From NCBI GenBank assembly GCA_038231275.1, contig JBBRLQ010000007.1:275825-339824 (forward strand): a stretch of DNA of 64,000 bases, in the 5' to 3' direction. The stretch is from Polyangiales bacterium. GTDB lineage: Bacteria > Myxococcota_A > Polyangia > Polyangiales > Polyangiaceae. The position numbers and the translations under genes are program-made. Shown here in pieces: positions 32,065-41,861 of this stretch (position 1 is the stretch's first letter; each line of letters opens with the position of its first letter). Below the pieces are notes generated by a model. The model searched no databases. It worked only from the letters and a program-made list of their open reading frames with translations, and was not told the origin of the DNA.

Positions 32065-33090
32065 GTGCAGTCCACGGCCACCTACGAGCGCTGGGAGCTG
32101 TACCGGGTCCTCTCGGAGCCGGTGCGCCTGCGCCTCCTCGCGCTCGCGCAGGAGGAGGAGCTGACGATTGGCGAGCTCGCAGAGCTCCTCGGCGAGAGCC
32201 AGCCGAACGTGTCGCGCCACGTCGCGCCGCTGAAGCAGGCGGGGCTCGTCGTCGTGCGTCGCCAGGGCACGCGCGCGCTCGTTCGTATCGATGGAAGCGC
32301 CGTCGCCGATCCCGTCGTGATCGACGCGCTGCGGAGCGGCCGCGCGCTGTGCGAAGAGGACGGATCGCTCGCGAAGGTCGCCGTCGTCCTCGCCGCGCGC
32401 GACGCAGTGGGGCGTGAGTACTTCGCCCAGCCGCGCGGCGAGGATCGCGAGGTCGGACCTCCGCACGAGCTCGCGTCGTACCTCTCGGCGTTCGCGCCGC
32501 TCCTCCCGCGCCGCGCGCTCGCCGTCGACGCCGGCACCGGCGATGGTGGAATGCTCGACGTGCTCGCGCCGGTCTTCGAGCGCGTCGTCGCGATCGATCG
32601 CGCCGAGCCTCAGCTGCGCCGTGCGCGCGCACGCGTCGAGGCGCGCGGGTATACGAACGTCGAGCTCGTCGAAGGAGATCTGGACAGCGCCGCGGTCCAC
32701 GCCGCCATCGCCCAGAAGGCCGACGCGGTCTTCGCCGTGCGCATGCTCCACCACGCGCCCCAGCCGGCGAGCCTCGTCAAGATGCTCGCCCGCCTCGCGC
32801 GCCCGGGCGGCGCCGTCATCCTCCTCGACTACGCGCGCCACGACGACGAGAAGATGCGCGCGCAGGCCGACCTGTGGCTCGGCTTCGAGGCCCGCGAGCT
32901 CGCTCGCTTCGCGAAGGACGCGGGTCTGGAAAACCCGCACGTCGCGCGAATCCCCGCGCCGCACGCGGGACCCGACGCGCATCTGCCTTGGCAAACGTTG
33001 GTCGCCACCACCGCGAGCAGCGGCGGCGGTGACACCAAATCCGATCGAAACAAGCGAAACGAGAAAGACAGGAAGGCACATCATGGCTGA
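32065..33090 (+). CDS. sahR: ArsR-family regulator fused to a SAM-dependent methyltransferase domain (SahR-like)
   Basis: [30 protein letters not shown] and LHHAPQP motifs; overlaps the ahcY start. Confidence 0.85.
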   Translation: MQSTATYERWELYRVLSEPVRLRLLALAQEEELTIGELAELLGESQPNVSRHVAPLKQAGLVVVRRQGTRALVRIDGSAVADPVVIDALRSGRALCEEDGSLAKVAVVLAARDAVGREYFAQPRGEDREVGPPHELASYLSAFAPLLPRRALAVDAGTGDGGMLDVLAPVFERVVAIDRAEPQLRRARARVEARGYTNVELVEGDLDSAAVHAAIAQKADAVFAVRMLHHAPQPASLVKMLARLARPGGAVILLDYARHDDEKMRAQADLWLGFEARELARFAKDAGLENPHVARIPAPHAGPDAHLPWQTLVATTASSGGGDTKSDRNKRNEKDRKAHHG

Positions 33091-34393
33091 GAACTACAAG
33101 GTCAAGGACATCTCCCTCGCGGCGTGGGGTCGCAAAGAAATCGAGATCGCCGAGAGCGAAATGCCCGGCCTCATGGCGCTCCGCGCCGAGTTCGGCAAGG
33201 CGAAGCCGCTGACGGGCGCGCGCATCGCCGGCTGCCTCCACATGACGACGCAGACCGCGGTCCTCATCGAGACGCTCACCGCGCTCGGCGCCGACGTCAC
33301 CTGGACCTCCTGCAACATCTACTCGACGCAGGATCAGGCCGCCGCCGCAATCGCCGCTACGGGCGTCCCCGTCTTCGCCTGGAAGGGCGAGACCGAGAAG
33401 GAATACGACGAGTGCATCGAGATGCAGCTCAAGGCGTTCAAGGGCGGCAAAGGCCCGAACATGATCTTGGACGACGGCGGCGATCTCACGATCATCGCGC
33501 ACACCAAGCACCCCGAGCTCTTCGCGGGCCCGGACCCGGTCCGCGGCATCTCCGAGGAGACGACGACGGGCGTTCACCGCCTCTACGAGATGTTCAAGAA
33601 GGGCACCCTCAAGGTCCCGTGCATCAACGTCAACGACTCGGTCACCAAGTCGAAGTTCGACAACCTCTACGGCTGCCGTGAATCGCTCGGCGACGGCCTC
33701 AAGCGCGCCACCGGCGTCATGTTCGCCGGCAAAGTGGCGGTCGTGGCCGGCTACGGCGACGTCGGCAAGGGCTGCGCGCAGTCGCTCCGCGGCCTCGGCG
33801 CCCGCGTCATCATCACCGAGATCGATCCCATCAACGCCCTCCAGGCCGCGATGGAGGGCTACCAGGTCACGACGATGGAGAAGGCCGCGCCCCAGGGCGA
33901 CATCTTCGTTACCGCGACCGGTTGCATGGGCATCCTTCGCCCCGATCACATGAAGTCGATGAAGGATCAGGCCATCCTCTGCAACATCGGCCACTTCGAT
34001 TGCGAGATCGACGTCGCGTGGCTCGAGAAGAACCCCGAGATCAAGGAAGTGAACATCAAGCCGCAGGTGGACCAGTTCGTCTTCCCGGACGGCAAGCGCC
34101 TCACGCTCCTCGCACGCGGTCGCCTCGTGAACCTCGGCTGCGCGAACGGCCACCCGTCGTTCGTCATGTCGTCCTCCTTCTCGAACCAGGTCCTCGCGCA
34201 GATCGCGCTCTGGACCGACACGAAGAGCTACCCGCTCGGCGTGCACGTCCTGCCGAAGAAGCTCGACGAGAAGGTCGCCGCGCTCCACCTCGGCAAGCTC
34301 GGCGTCGAGCTGACGACGCTGTCGGACGAGCAGGCGAAGTATCTCGGCGTGTCGAAGGAAGGGCCGTTCAAGCCCGATCACTACCGGTACTGA
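33083..34393 (+). CDS. ahcY: adenosylhomocysteinase
   Basis: [47 protein letters not shown] and PDHYRY motifs. Confidence 0.98.
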   Translation: MAENYKVKDISLAAWGRKEIEIAESEMPGLMALRAEFGKAKPLTGARIAGCLHMTTQTAVLIETLTALGADVTWTSCNIYSTQDQAAAAIAATGVPVFAWKGETEKEYDECIEMQLKAFKGGKGPNMILDDGGDLTIIAHTKHPELFAGPDPVRGISEETTTGVHRLYEMFKKGTLKVPCINVNDSVTKSKFDNLYGCRESLGDGLKRATGVMFAGKVAVVAGYGDVGKGCAQSLRGLGARVIITEIDPINALQAAMEGYQVTTMEKAAPQGDIFVTATGCMGILRPDHMKSMKDQAILCNIGHFDCEIDVAWLEKNPEIKEVNIKPQVDQFVFPDGKRLTLLARGRLVNLGCANGHPSFVMSSSFSNQVLAQIALWTDTKSYPLGVHVLPKKLDEKVAALHLGKLGVELTTLSDEQAKYLGVSKEGPFKPDHYRY

Positions 34394-34416
34394 GCGACGG
34401 ATTGGATTTTGTCGGG

Positions 34417-34447
34417 AGCCCCGGCTGCGCGAGCGGTCGGGGCTTTC
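34417..34447 (+). terminator. intrinsic terminator hairpin after ahcY
   Basis: AGCCCCGGCTGC-GCGA-GCGGTCGGGGCT (GNRA loop, two G-U pairs) followed by a short T run. Confidence 0.65.
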
Positions 34448-34469
34448 GGCCTTTTCGGACCCGCCCGCG

Positions 34470-35648
34470 TCAGCGCGCGGCGCCGTTGCCGCACGCGCGG
34501 TTGTGGCGGAACTCGCTCTGCAAGAGCCACCAGCGCTTGGCGTTGCGATCGTACAGGTTGGCGTGGGAGGCGTTGACGCTGCGAACGCCCTTGAAGTTCC
34601 ACGCGCACTTGTCGCTGTTCTCTTCGCCCTTCGCGTCGAACCACGCGTTCAAGTCGGGATCGGTCATCGCCTCCACCATCTCGTGCGAGATGACGTTGAC
34701 CTGCGAGTCGGCGACGAAGTCACGGTTGGGCGTCACCGAGTGGTGCGCGGCCGTTCCGTAGTACGAGCACCCCGAGCCGCGCTTCGTGTTGCGGATGACG
34801 CCGTACTTCACGTCGACGGTGACGTTGTAGTTGTCCTGAAAGCGGACGTTCATCGTCTGGCGCGAGTGCCAGCCGCACCACTTGGTGTCGTTGTGGACGG
34901 CGACGTCGGGGCTCGGCATCACGAAGTAGAGACCGTTCGCGTCGGGCGAGAGCTTCCCGCTGTTCAGCACCGAGTGGACGACGTTGGCGATTTCCGCGTC
35001 GGTGAGCGAGTGCCCGTACGGGTAGCCGACGCCGACCGCGCCCCCGAAGCCGAATCCCTTGGACCCCGCGTGCGTCGTTCCCTGACCCGCGTACTCGAGC
35101 CCGTCGAGGAAGTTTTGGTTCAGGTTGGCGGTGTGGAGCCCGTTGACGAAGGTGTGGAGGAGGCTCCGCGTGCGCGTCGTGTTTGCCCAGTTGCCGTAGT
35201 AGATGAAGTAGACGTTCTGGCGGGGCATGACCGGACCGCCGTGGTAGATGAGCTTCAACGCCGCGGCGGCCTCGGCGCCGATCGTCGTCTCCGGCGATCC
35301 GTCGCCCGCGCTCTCCGGTGTCTCCTCGCCCGCGATCGGCCTGCTCTGGTCTTCGTCCGTGCCCTCCGGCACGGCGTCGGCGCTCGCGGCGAGGGCGAGC
35401 GTCTCGTAGCGGCTCGCAAACGACGGCATGGGATGCGTCTGCGGGCCGGGCGTCGACTCCGGCGCCTGCGGGTCGAAGGCGATCGAGGATAGATCGCTCA
35501 TGCCGCCCGCGAGCTGCAGCGCGTCGGCCTCCTTCGAGGAGTCCTCGGTGCTCTCCTCCGGCCCCGTTGGCGCGGCGCACCCCGAGGCGCCCGCCGAGCC
35601 GATGACGAGTCCCACACCGAACAACACGCAGGCGATGGTCGTCTTCAT
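34470..35648 (-). CDS. lipoprotein with a PHI-1/EXORDIUM-like domain
   Basis: Lipobox ASGC; YHGGPVM, VYFIYYG, NGLYFV, CGWHS and SHEMVEAMTDP...NAWF...ENSDKC motifs; AAGGAGG RBS. Confidence 0.75.
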   Translation of the reverse strand: MKTTIACVLFGVGLVIGSAGASGCAAPTGPEESTEDSSKEADALQLAGGMSDLSSIAFDPQAPESTPGPQTHPMPSFASRYETLALAASADAVPEGTDEDQSRPIAGEETPESAGDGSPETTIGAEAAAALKLIYHGGPVMPRQNVYFIYYGNWANTTRTRSLLHTFVNGLHTANLNQNFLDGLEYAGQGTTHAGSKGFGFGGAVGVGYPYGHSLTDAEIANVVHSVLNSGKLSPDANGLYFVMPSPDVAVHNDTKWCGWHSRQTMNVRFQDNYNVTVDVKYGVIRNTKRGSGCSYYGTAAHHSVTPNRDFVADSQVNVISHEMVEAMTDPDLNAWFDAKGEENSDKCAWNFKGVRSVNASHANLYDRNAKRWWLLQSEFRHNRACGNGAAR

Positions 35649-35726
35649 GAAAGCCTCCTTGACGAGTTATGGCGCGCGAGTGGATCAGGCTTTGCTCTCC
35701 CGAGGGCCGCGCGTGAAGACTCCTTC

Positions 35727-35742
35727 AGCAAGGGGTGCGCCA
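35727..35742 (-). promoter_or_regulatory. putative sigma54 promoter of the PHI-1-like gene
   Basis: TGGCGC-ACCCC-TTGCT, close to consensus. Confidence 0.65.
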
Positions 35743-35911
35743 CGAGACCACATCGTACGATCCGGCCATTTTCCCAGCGGATGAGACACGGTCCGCGAAC
35801 GATCCAGGCGCGGCGTCTCGCGGGTCTCGCGAACGTTCACGCGTGATCGACGCGATCCCACCAGGTCCGCGGATCCATTCCGAGCTCGAGGGTCCTACGT
35901 TACGGTTTGCC

Positions 35912-37258
35912 ATGCGCCGGTCCGCGAGCTCCCCGTACGCGCGCGTCGGCGTCCTTCTCGCGATGGGCGCCGTCACGGGGTGCGTTCGGCCGCGGCCCGG
36001 TGTCCTCCCGCCGCGCGAGGCCGCGTACGTCGCGGTCATCAGCGGGGAGATGCCGGGCGCGTTTCGCGACGTGGCGCGCCACTCGTGGATCGTCTCCAAC
36101 GTGCCCGCGACGTTGCCCTCGCGCTCGTCCACGCTCGCACGCTACGAGTGGCTCGGCGACGCAGAGGTCACGACGTACGCCGATCCCTCCGCGGCGTTCA
36201 CGTCGGGCGTCAATCCCCACGAGGTCGCCATCAGCGGCGTCGTTCGCGGATCGCGCGAGGAGATCGCGGAGGTCGTCTCGTGCCTCGCGCGCGTCACGAA
36301 GGCGTACAAAGACTTCAACTGCGGGTGCTGGCCCGGCCCCAGTAGCAACACCTTCACCGATCTGCTGATTCGGTCGTGCGGCCTCGGCATCGAGCTCCCG
36401 GCGACCGCGCTCGGAAAGGACTACCGCGGGCCCATCGGCTTCTCCGGCACCGAGGGGGGCACCGGCGTGCAGATCGAGACCTGGCTCGGCGGCGCGAAGA
36501 TCGGCCTGAAGGAGGGCATCGGCGCCGACTTCATCGGGTTGCCGCTCGGCGTTCATTTCTGGCCTCCCGGCTTCGACGTGCCCGTGAACCCCGGGCGAAT
36601 CGGCGTCGACACCGCCCTGATCGTTCCCGGAAGTGACGCCTCGCCGGATCGCTTCCCGTGGCCAGAAGGCGCTCCGTCGCGCCACGAGCACGGCGCGGGC
36701 AGCATCGTGATGCTTGCATCCTACAGCCATATCGCCGACCGCGGGCGCGCCGCCGGGCTCACCGATCTCGCGCGCGTGGGCTTGACCGGCCGCGGCGTCT
36801 ACGCGGGCCATGGAAGGGTGGGTGTCAGCGCCGGTTTCGATCTCGAGATCGGCGCGTCGGCCCCGGTTGGCGTCGCGTACCGCGCGAATTTCTACCCTGC
36901 GGGCCTCGGCGTCGTGCTCGGCGACACCGGATTCCTCGCGGTCCACACCGGCCTCGGGACCTCGCGCGAGTCGGCGCGCTTCGAGCTGCCCGAGGAGGCG
37001 CGCCTCGAGCTCGAGGTCACGCGGTGGGCGCGCGTCGGCGTCTACGGCGGCGTCGTCATCGTCCCGTACCACGGCGATGACGGTCGCGCGCTCGAGTCGT
37101 TCCTCGGCGCGACCACCCGCCTCGGCACCCGCGCCACGGGTCGCGATTTCATCGGAGTGGCCAGCGGCGGATTCTTCATCGGCCTCGAGCGCCGTCAGGT
37201 GCTTCGAACCTTCTCGCTTGGGGCGGTGTTCGGCTATGAAATCGGCGCCGGGGGGTGA
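35912..37258 (+). CDS. DUF3750-like lipoprotein with a C-terminal beta-strand-rich region
   Basis: Lipobox VTGC; ARHSWIV, WPGPSSNTF and LPATALGKDY motifs; alternating hydrophobic strands ending GAVFGYEI. Confidence 0.65.
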   Translation: MRRSASSPYARVGVLLAMGAVTGCVRPRPGVLPPREAAYVAVISGEMPGAFRDVARHSWIVSNVPATLPSRSSTLARYEWLGDAEVTTYADPSAAFTSGVNPHEVAISGVVRGSREEIAEVVSCLARVTKAYKDFNCGCWPGPSSNTFTDLLIRSCGLGIELPATALGKDYRGPIGFSGTEGGTGVQIETWLGGAKIGLKEGIGADFIGLPLGVHFWPPGFDVPVNPGRIGVDTALIVPGSDASPDRFPWPEGAPSRHEHGAGSIVMLASYSHIADRGRAAGLTDLARVGLTGRGVYAGHGRVGVSAGFDLEIGASAPVGVAYRANFYPAGLGVVLGDTGFLAVHTGLGTSRESARFELPEEARLELEVTRWARVGVYGGVVIVPYHGDDGRALESFLGATTRLGTRATGRDFIGVASGGFFIGLERRQVLRTFSLGAVFGYEIGAGG

Positions 37259-37278
37259 GGAGGAGTCGCAGCTCGGCC

Positions 37279-37326
37279 GACTCCGACTCCGACTCCGACT
37301 CCGACTCCGACTCCGACTCCGACTCC
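37279..37326. repeat. intergenic hexanucleotide microsatellite (GACTCC)8
   Basis: Eight perfect tandem copies read directly. Confidence 0.95.
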
Positions 37327-37346
37327 GGGAATAGAGCTTCGGGGGC

Positions 37347-37390
37347 TCGCGTCTCCTTCACGGAGGCAGCTGAGCCTCCGAGGAGCGTGA
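37347..37390 (+). promoter_or_regulatory. hairpin occluding the SD sequence of the ClpP-like gene
   Basis: TCGCG(T)CTCCT(TCA)CGGAGGC-AGCTGA-GCCTCCG AGGAG CGTGA, immediately followed by ATG. Confidence 0.55.
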
Positions 37391-38728
37391 ATGAATTCTC
37401 GATTGAGCGCCCACAGTCTCGTCTGGGGGTCGCTTCTCGCGGCCCCGCTCGCGTTTGCCCAACCGGCGTTCGCCGATACCCTGCCCGCAACCAAACCTGC
37501 GGTCGCCCCGATCTCGGCGACCGCGACTGGCGGGGACGACCTGAAGAAGACGCAGGAGCAGCTGACGCTCGAAAATAGCGTCGCCGATCTCAGGCTGAAG
37601 AAGGAGCTCTCCGCGCTCGCGGCCGAGAAGCAACGGCGCGAGCTCGAGGCGTCGATCTACGCACAGAAGCTCCAGGCGGAGCTCGCGTCGCGTCAGGCCG
37701 AGATCGATCGAATGAACAAGCAGACCGACGTGCTCAACAAGACGCTCGCGCTGAAGGAGGCGGAGCGAAAGACGCGCCTCGACCGGGAGCTCGCGACGGT
37801 GCGCGAGAACCTCGAGAAGCTCAAGGCGCAGAACGATCTCGCCGCCGCTGAGCTCGCCGTCAAATCGCGCGCGGTGGCGCTGAACGAGCAGGAGATCAAG
37901 CTCCGCGCGACCGAGCTCGAGCTCCGCGACAAGCGCGACGCGGTGAACAACCGCGTGCTGGCCGACGTGAAATACACCAAGGACCCCTTCAAGAACGGCG
38001 AGCTCACCATCACCGATCGCCGCATCCCGCTGAACGGCGTCATCACGATGGCGACGGCCGATCGCATCACCGAGCGCATCAACTTCTTCAACAACCAGAA
38101 CCGTGACTTTCCGATCTTCATCGTCATCGACGAGTCACCGGGCGGCTCCGTGGCAGCCGGCTACAAGATCCTCCGCACGATGAAGGGGAGCCAAGCTCCA
38201 GTCTACGTCGTCGTGAAATCGTTCGCAGCGAGCATGGCCGCCGGCATCACGACGCTCGCGACGCGGTCCTTCGCGTACCCGAACGCGATCATCCTGCACC
38301 ACCAGCTTTCGGCAGGCGCGGGCGGTAACCTCACCGAGCACCGTGAGCGCGTGAAGGATCTCGAGGAGTGGTGGAAGCGCCTCGCCCAGCCGGTCGCCGC
38401 GAAGATGGGCATCGGTCTCGACGAGCTCACCAAGCGCATGTACCAGCACCGCAGCACCGGCGACTGGCAGGAGTTCGGCGACGAGGCGAAGAAGCTCCAC
38501 TGGGTCGACGAGATCGTCAGCGTCGTCCACGAGGAGTCGTACGTGAAAAACCCCGACACCGTCGCCGCGCGCCCCACGGTGCCGGCGCCGCTCCGCCTCC
38601 AGCAAGACGACGCGCTCACGCAGGAGATCGACCCGCAAGGCCACGCCTTCACGAAGCTCCCGCGCCTGTCACCCGTCGACGCGTACTACCTCTACAACCC
38701 GGACAACTATTATCGGCTCGGTCAGTGA
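37391..38728 (+). CDS. exported ClpP-like serine protease with an N-terminal coiled coil
   Basis: Sec signal ending PAFA; about 140-aa heptad-rich region; ESPGGSV, FAASMAA (Ser), ILHHQ (His) and GDW..GDEAKKLHWVDEI (Asp) motifs. Confidence 0.8.
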   Translation: MNSRLSAHSLVWGSLLAAPLAFAQPAFADTLPATKPAVAPISATATGGDDLKKTQEQLTLENSVADLRLKKELSALAAEKQRRELEASIYAQKLQAELASRQAEIDRMNKQTDVLNKTLALKEAERKTRLDRELATVRENLEKLKAQNDLAAAELAVKSRAVALNEQEIKLRATELELRDKRDAVNNRVLADVKYTKDPFKNGELTITDRRIPLNGVITMATADRITERINFFNNQNRDFPIFIVIDESPGGSVAAGYKILRTMKGSQAPVYVVVKSFAASMAAGITTLATRSFAYPNAIILHHQLSAGAGGNLTEHRERVKDLEEWWKRLAQPVAAKMGIGLDELTKRMYQHRSTGDWQEFGDEAKKLHWVDEIVSVVHEESYVKNPDTVAARPTVPAPLRLQQDDALTQEIDPQGHAFTKLPRLSPVDAYYLYNPDNYYRLGQ

Positions 38729-38854
38729 GTGGAGCGAAGCGAAGCGCAGCGGAGCGAAACGCTCCTGAAGGCTGACCGGCTTTGCCGGTCAGTGAGTGGA
38801 GCGAAGCGCAGCGGAGCGAAACGCTCCTGAAGGCTGACCGGCTTTTCCGGTCAG
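38726..38854. repeat. REP-like repeat family A, two tandem copies (38726-38792 and 38793-38854)
   Basis: TGAGTGGAGCGAAGCG..CAGCGGAGCGAAACGCTCCTGAAGGCTGACCGGCTTT[G/T]CCGGTCAG, each with two internal hairpins. Confidence 0.9.
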
Positions 38855-40042
38855 ACAGGCGGAGGCCTCGTGTGGCGCGCCGAGTGATTGGACACGCTTC
38901 ATCGAGGTCTTGCCGACCGCGACATCGAGCAGCTTCTTCACGCGCGAGAGGATGCCGGACTGCGGGTACGGGATGCCGTGCTTCTCGCACAGCGCCTTCA
39001 CGCGCGGCGCCGCGTCGCGGTACCGGAGCATCGGCAGGTCCGGGAAGATGTGGTGCTCGATCTGGTAGTTGAGCCACAGGTGCGCGTAGTCGACGAGATC
39101 GCCGCCGGTCGCGTAGTTCGTCGAGCCGAGGATCTGCCGGACGATCGCCTCGCCCTTCGAGCCCGGCCGGCTGTCGTAGCGGTACAAGTCGTCGCCGGTG
39201 TGGTTCGGCCCGACCACGCAGAACGTGTGCAGGTTGGTGAGCGCCTCGCCGCCGAGTGAGTTCAGGAGCGCGGAGAGCGACGCGAGCGGACCGAGGGGCA
39301 AGTAGAGGAGAGGGAAGAGGACGAAGTGCCCGGTCGCGTAAGGGAGGTAGCAGCGGAGCCATAGCTCCTTCCGGTGGTTGCGCGCGCCGTCCACCTTGCC
39401 GTCGTCGCCTCGCGCCGCGTGCCGGTCGAGCCACTCCTCGAGCGTGTTTGGCGCGTAGTACGAGAAGCGCCAGCTGACCGCGAGGCCGAGCATCGTCATG
39501 TATTTCAGCGGCAACGGGAGGCGGGCCTTCCGCAGCCACTCGGTGTTCCGCTCGACCAGATCGGGGTCCTTCTCTTCGCCGGTGTGGCTGTGGTGAAGGA
39601 CGTTGTGCTCGTAGATCCACGCCTCGGGGATCATCCAGTCGGCCCAGTCGATGAATCGACGGGAGCCGCGCGCGAAGACCTTGCTCGTGTAGCGCGCCGG
39701 GACGCCGGGGACCTTGTCGTAGCCGCGGTGGCCGATGTGGTGCATGAGCAGCCAGCGCGTCGAGCGGCCGAGCGCGAGCGCTGCCATCGTGAGCGGGTTG
39801 GGCACAGTCCACGCCGTGGCGACGCCGAACGCGGTCGCGGCGCGGCCGATCCGCTCGATCTTGCGGAGGTGCGCGAGATCAAGATCCCCCATCTTCGACT
39901 CGAGCTCGCGACGGAGCTCCTTCAGATCGGCGAGGAGCGCGTCGTAGTCGATGTTCGACGCGTCGTACGTCTCCGGAGACGAGGACGGTGACGGAGATCG
40001 GGTGGAAGAAGAAGAGGAGGCGGCGGACAGCACGGCGCGCAC
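38789..40042 (-). CDS. membrane fatty acid desaturase
   Basis: Three His boxes HHIGH, HNVLHH and QIEHH. Confidence 0.88.
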   Translation of the reverse strand: MRAVLSAASSSSSTRSPSPSSSPETYDASNIDYDALLADLKELRRELESKMGDLDLAHLRKIERIGRAATAFGVATAWTVPNPLTMAALALGRSTRWLLMHHIGHRGYDKVPGVPARYTSKVFARGSRRFIDWADWMIPEAWIYEHNVLHHSHTGEEKDPDLVERNTEWLRKARLPLPLKYMTMLGLAVSWRFSYYAPNTLEEWLDRHAARGDDGKVDGARNHRKELWLRCYLPYATGHFVLFPLLYLPLGPLASLSALLNSLGGEALTNLHTFCVVGPNHTGDDLYRYDSRPGSKGEAIVRQILGSTNYATGGDLVDYAHLWLNYQIEHHIFPDLPMLRYRDAAPRVKALCEKHGIPYPQSGILSRVKKLLDVAVGKTSMKRVQSLGAPHEASACLTGKAGQPSGAFRSAALRSTH

Positions 40043-40082
40043 CCTACTCGGCCGCTCGCGGTTTGTCCCCGTCCACTTCCCG

Positions 40083-41219
40083 TCACGGACACGGATTGGG
40101 CGGCGGCGGCGGATCGGGCTGCATCGACGAAACGTCCGCGATCTCGTCGGCGTCGAAGCCGAGGCCGATCGATATCGCGTCGCACGCCGCGCCGGGTCCG
40201 TTGGTGCCGTCGGCGCGCATGTCCGAAGCCATCGCGATTTGCTGGGCGATCGAGTCGAACGCAGACGCCGAGCAGAGCGAGTCGGACACCGCGCCGGCGA
40301 TCGCTCGCAGGGACGCGATCAGCTCGGTCGTGCCGACGACGCCCGCGATCGTTCCCAAGCCGATTTGGGATGGCGAAGGGTGCTCGAACGTGACGATCGC
40401 GTGATGAACCGTGAACGACCACTTTGTGTCGCCGAAGAAGAACGAGACCGTCACGTCGCTGCGCGCGCCGTTCACCCAAACGCCGCCGCTCATGTACGCC
40501 GTCGGGAACTTGGTCTTGGCGCCGCCTCCGAGCGTCCCGCCCGCGAGGGAGCTCGCCAGTACGGGCCAGTGATCGGCCCGGGTAAAGGACGGTACTCCGG
40601 AGAACGCCGCCGCGTCGTAGAGCTGCCCGGCGACGTTCGTGTTGGTCTGCCCGGGTGCGTCGGCGAGGCCGGTGACTTCGAACAGGTAGCCGAAGGCGCC
40701 GGATCGGATCGACGACGTCAAGCTGGGTGAGACGTCATGCTGGAAGGTCTGGAGGATGGGGACGATCCGCGCTCCCCAGGCGTTGTCGATGCCGAACTCG
40801 CCGTCGATCTGCGAATCGCGGCCGGCGCCGGCGGCGGGCGTGCACACGTCGGCCGAAGTCCGCGTCGTCGTTCGGCCGTCGAGATCGTAGCCGAACGTCT
40901 TCCAGGCGATCGTGCTCGGCGTTCCCGCGCGCGTGGTGTCGCCGGCGAAGAAGCGGGACACGGCGAACGTACGGATGGCGGTGGACGGGGGGGGTGACGG
41001 CGGTGGCTTCGAAGGAGGCTGGCCCGGCGCCGGCGGCGTGCCGAGCGCGCCGGGCGGCGTCTGTCCCGGAGTCGGCGGGGCCTCGGGCACTCCCGCGCCG
41101 TCTCCACCGGGAGCGCTCGCCGCCCCGGTATTCGGCGTCACCTTGCCCCCGCAGGCGAAGGCGAGGGATAGGAACGAAAGAGAGGAGAAGCAGAAGAGGA
41201 GTCGGAGGGAGTGGCGCAT
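40083..41219 (-). CDS. hypothetical lipoprotein with a Pro-rich linker
   Basis: Lipobox LAFAC; GYDLDG and GIDN motifs. Confidence 0.75.
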   Translation of the reverse strand: MRHSLRLLFCFSSLSFLSLAFACGGKVTPNTGAASAPGGDGAGVPEAPPTPGQTPPGALGTPPAPGQPPSKPPPSPPPSTAIRTFAVSRFFAGDTTRAGTPSTIAWKTFGYDLDGRTTTRTSADVCTPAAGAGRDSQIDGEFGIDNAWGARIVPILQTFQHDVSPSLTSSIRSGAFGYLFEVTGLADAPGQTNTNVAGQLYDAAAFSGVPSFTRADHWPVLASSLAGGTLGGGAKTKFPTAYMSGGVWVNGARSDVTVSFFFGDTKWSFTVHHAIVTFEHPSPSQIGLGTIAGVVGTTELIASLRAIAGAVSDSLCSASAFDSIAQQIAMASDMRADGTNGPGAACDAISIGLGFDADEIADVSSMQPDPPPPPNPCP

Positions 41220-41232
41220 CGCCCTCCGCCTC

Positions 41233-41248
41233 AGCGAACTTCATACCA
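41233..41248 (-). promoter_or_regulatory. putative sigma54 promoter
   Basis: TGGTAT-GAAGT-TCGCT, 14 nt before ATG 41219. Confidence 0.45.
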
Positions 41249-41371
41249 ACGTGCAGCTGCCGTCTTCCCGCGCACATGCGCCATGAGACATGGCCGGGCG
41301 GTCGCGGCAGGTGTGCCACGACCTGGGATTTGTTGCGACACTTCCGGCCTCGCGCGCTCCATACTGCTGCC

Positions 41372-41830
41372 ATGATGCCGGCGCAGGCTCCGAACGACGA
41401 CGCCGATCTCCGCGACGTCAACCCGAAGTTCCCGAAGGTCGCCGCCGGCTTCGCGCTCCTCGCGGGCGCGGTCGCCATCTTGAACGCGATTCAGACGCTC
41501 GTCAGCGTGCGGCTCTTCTCCGCCTGGTTCGTCGTGCCGTACGTGCTCATCGCAATCGGGGTCGCGCTCGTCTTCCTCGCGCGCAACGTGTTCACCGCGC
41601 GCGGCTGGGCGGCGATCGGCGTGCTCGTCGCGGGCGCGCTCCTCTTCTTGTGCTCTGCCGCGTGGTTGGTGTTCGCCGTGAGCAACGGGTTCATCGCCCT
41701 CTACGCGCTCTGGACGCCCGTGTTCGCGCTGGTCGCCGTCGTCATGTGTGCGCTGTGTCTCCCCGCATGCGATCGGGCGGAGCGCGCGCGCCGTTCGCTG
41801 GCGGCACAAGGGTTGAGCATCGGGCTCTGA
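41372..41830 (+). CDS. four-TM membrane protein
   Basis: Four hydrophobic segments; GC3-biased frame. Confidence 0.75.
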   Translation: MMPAQAPNDDADLRDVNPKFPKVAAGFALLAGAVAILNAIQTLVSVRLFSAWFVVPYVLIAIGVALVFLARNVFTARGWAAIGVLVAGALLFLCSAAWLVFAVSNGFIALYALWTPVFALVAVVMCALCLPACDRAERARRSLAAQGLSIGL

Positions 41831-41861
41831 TTCACTCGCTGAGCGGTACCGTTCGAAGCGA

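Noticed and set aside
37255-37578. ORFs through the (GACTCC)8 repeat encoding SD, RL or GV repeats
   Set aside because: No signal peptide or recognisable domain, and they overlap real genes out of frame.
38726-38854. Possible CRISPR array
   Set aside because: Only two directly abutting ~65-bp units with no spacer and no cas genes; better explained as a REP-like repeat.
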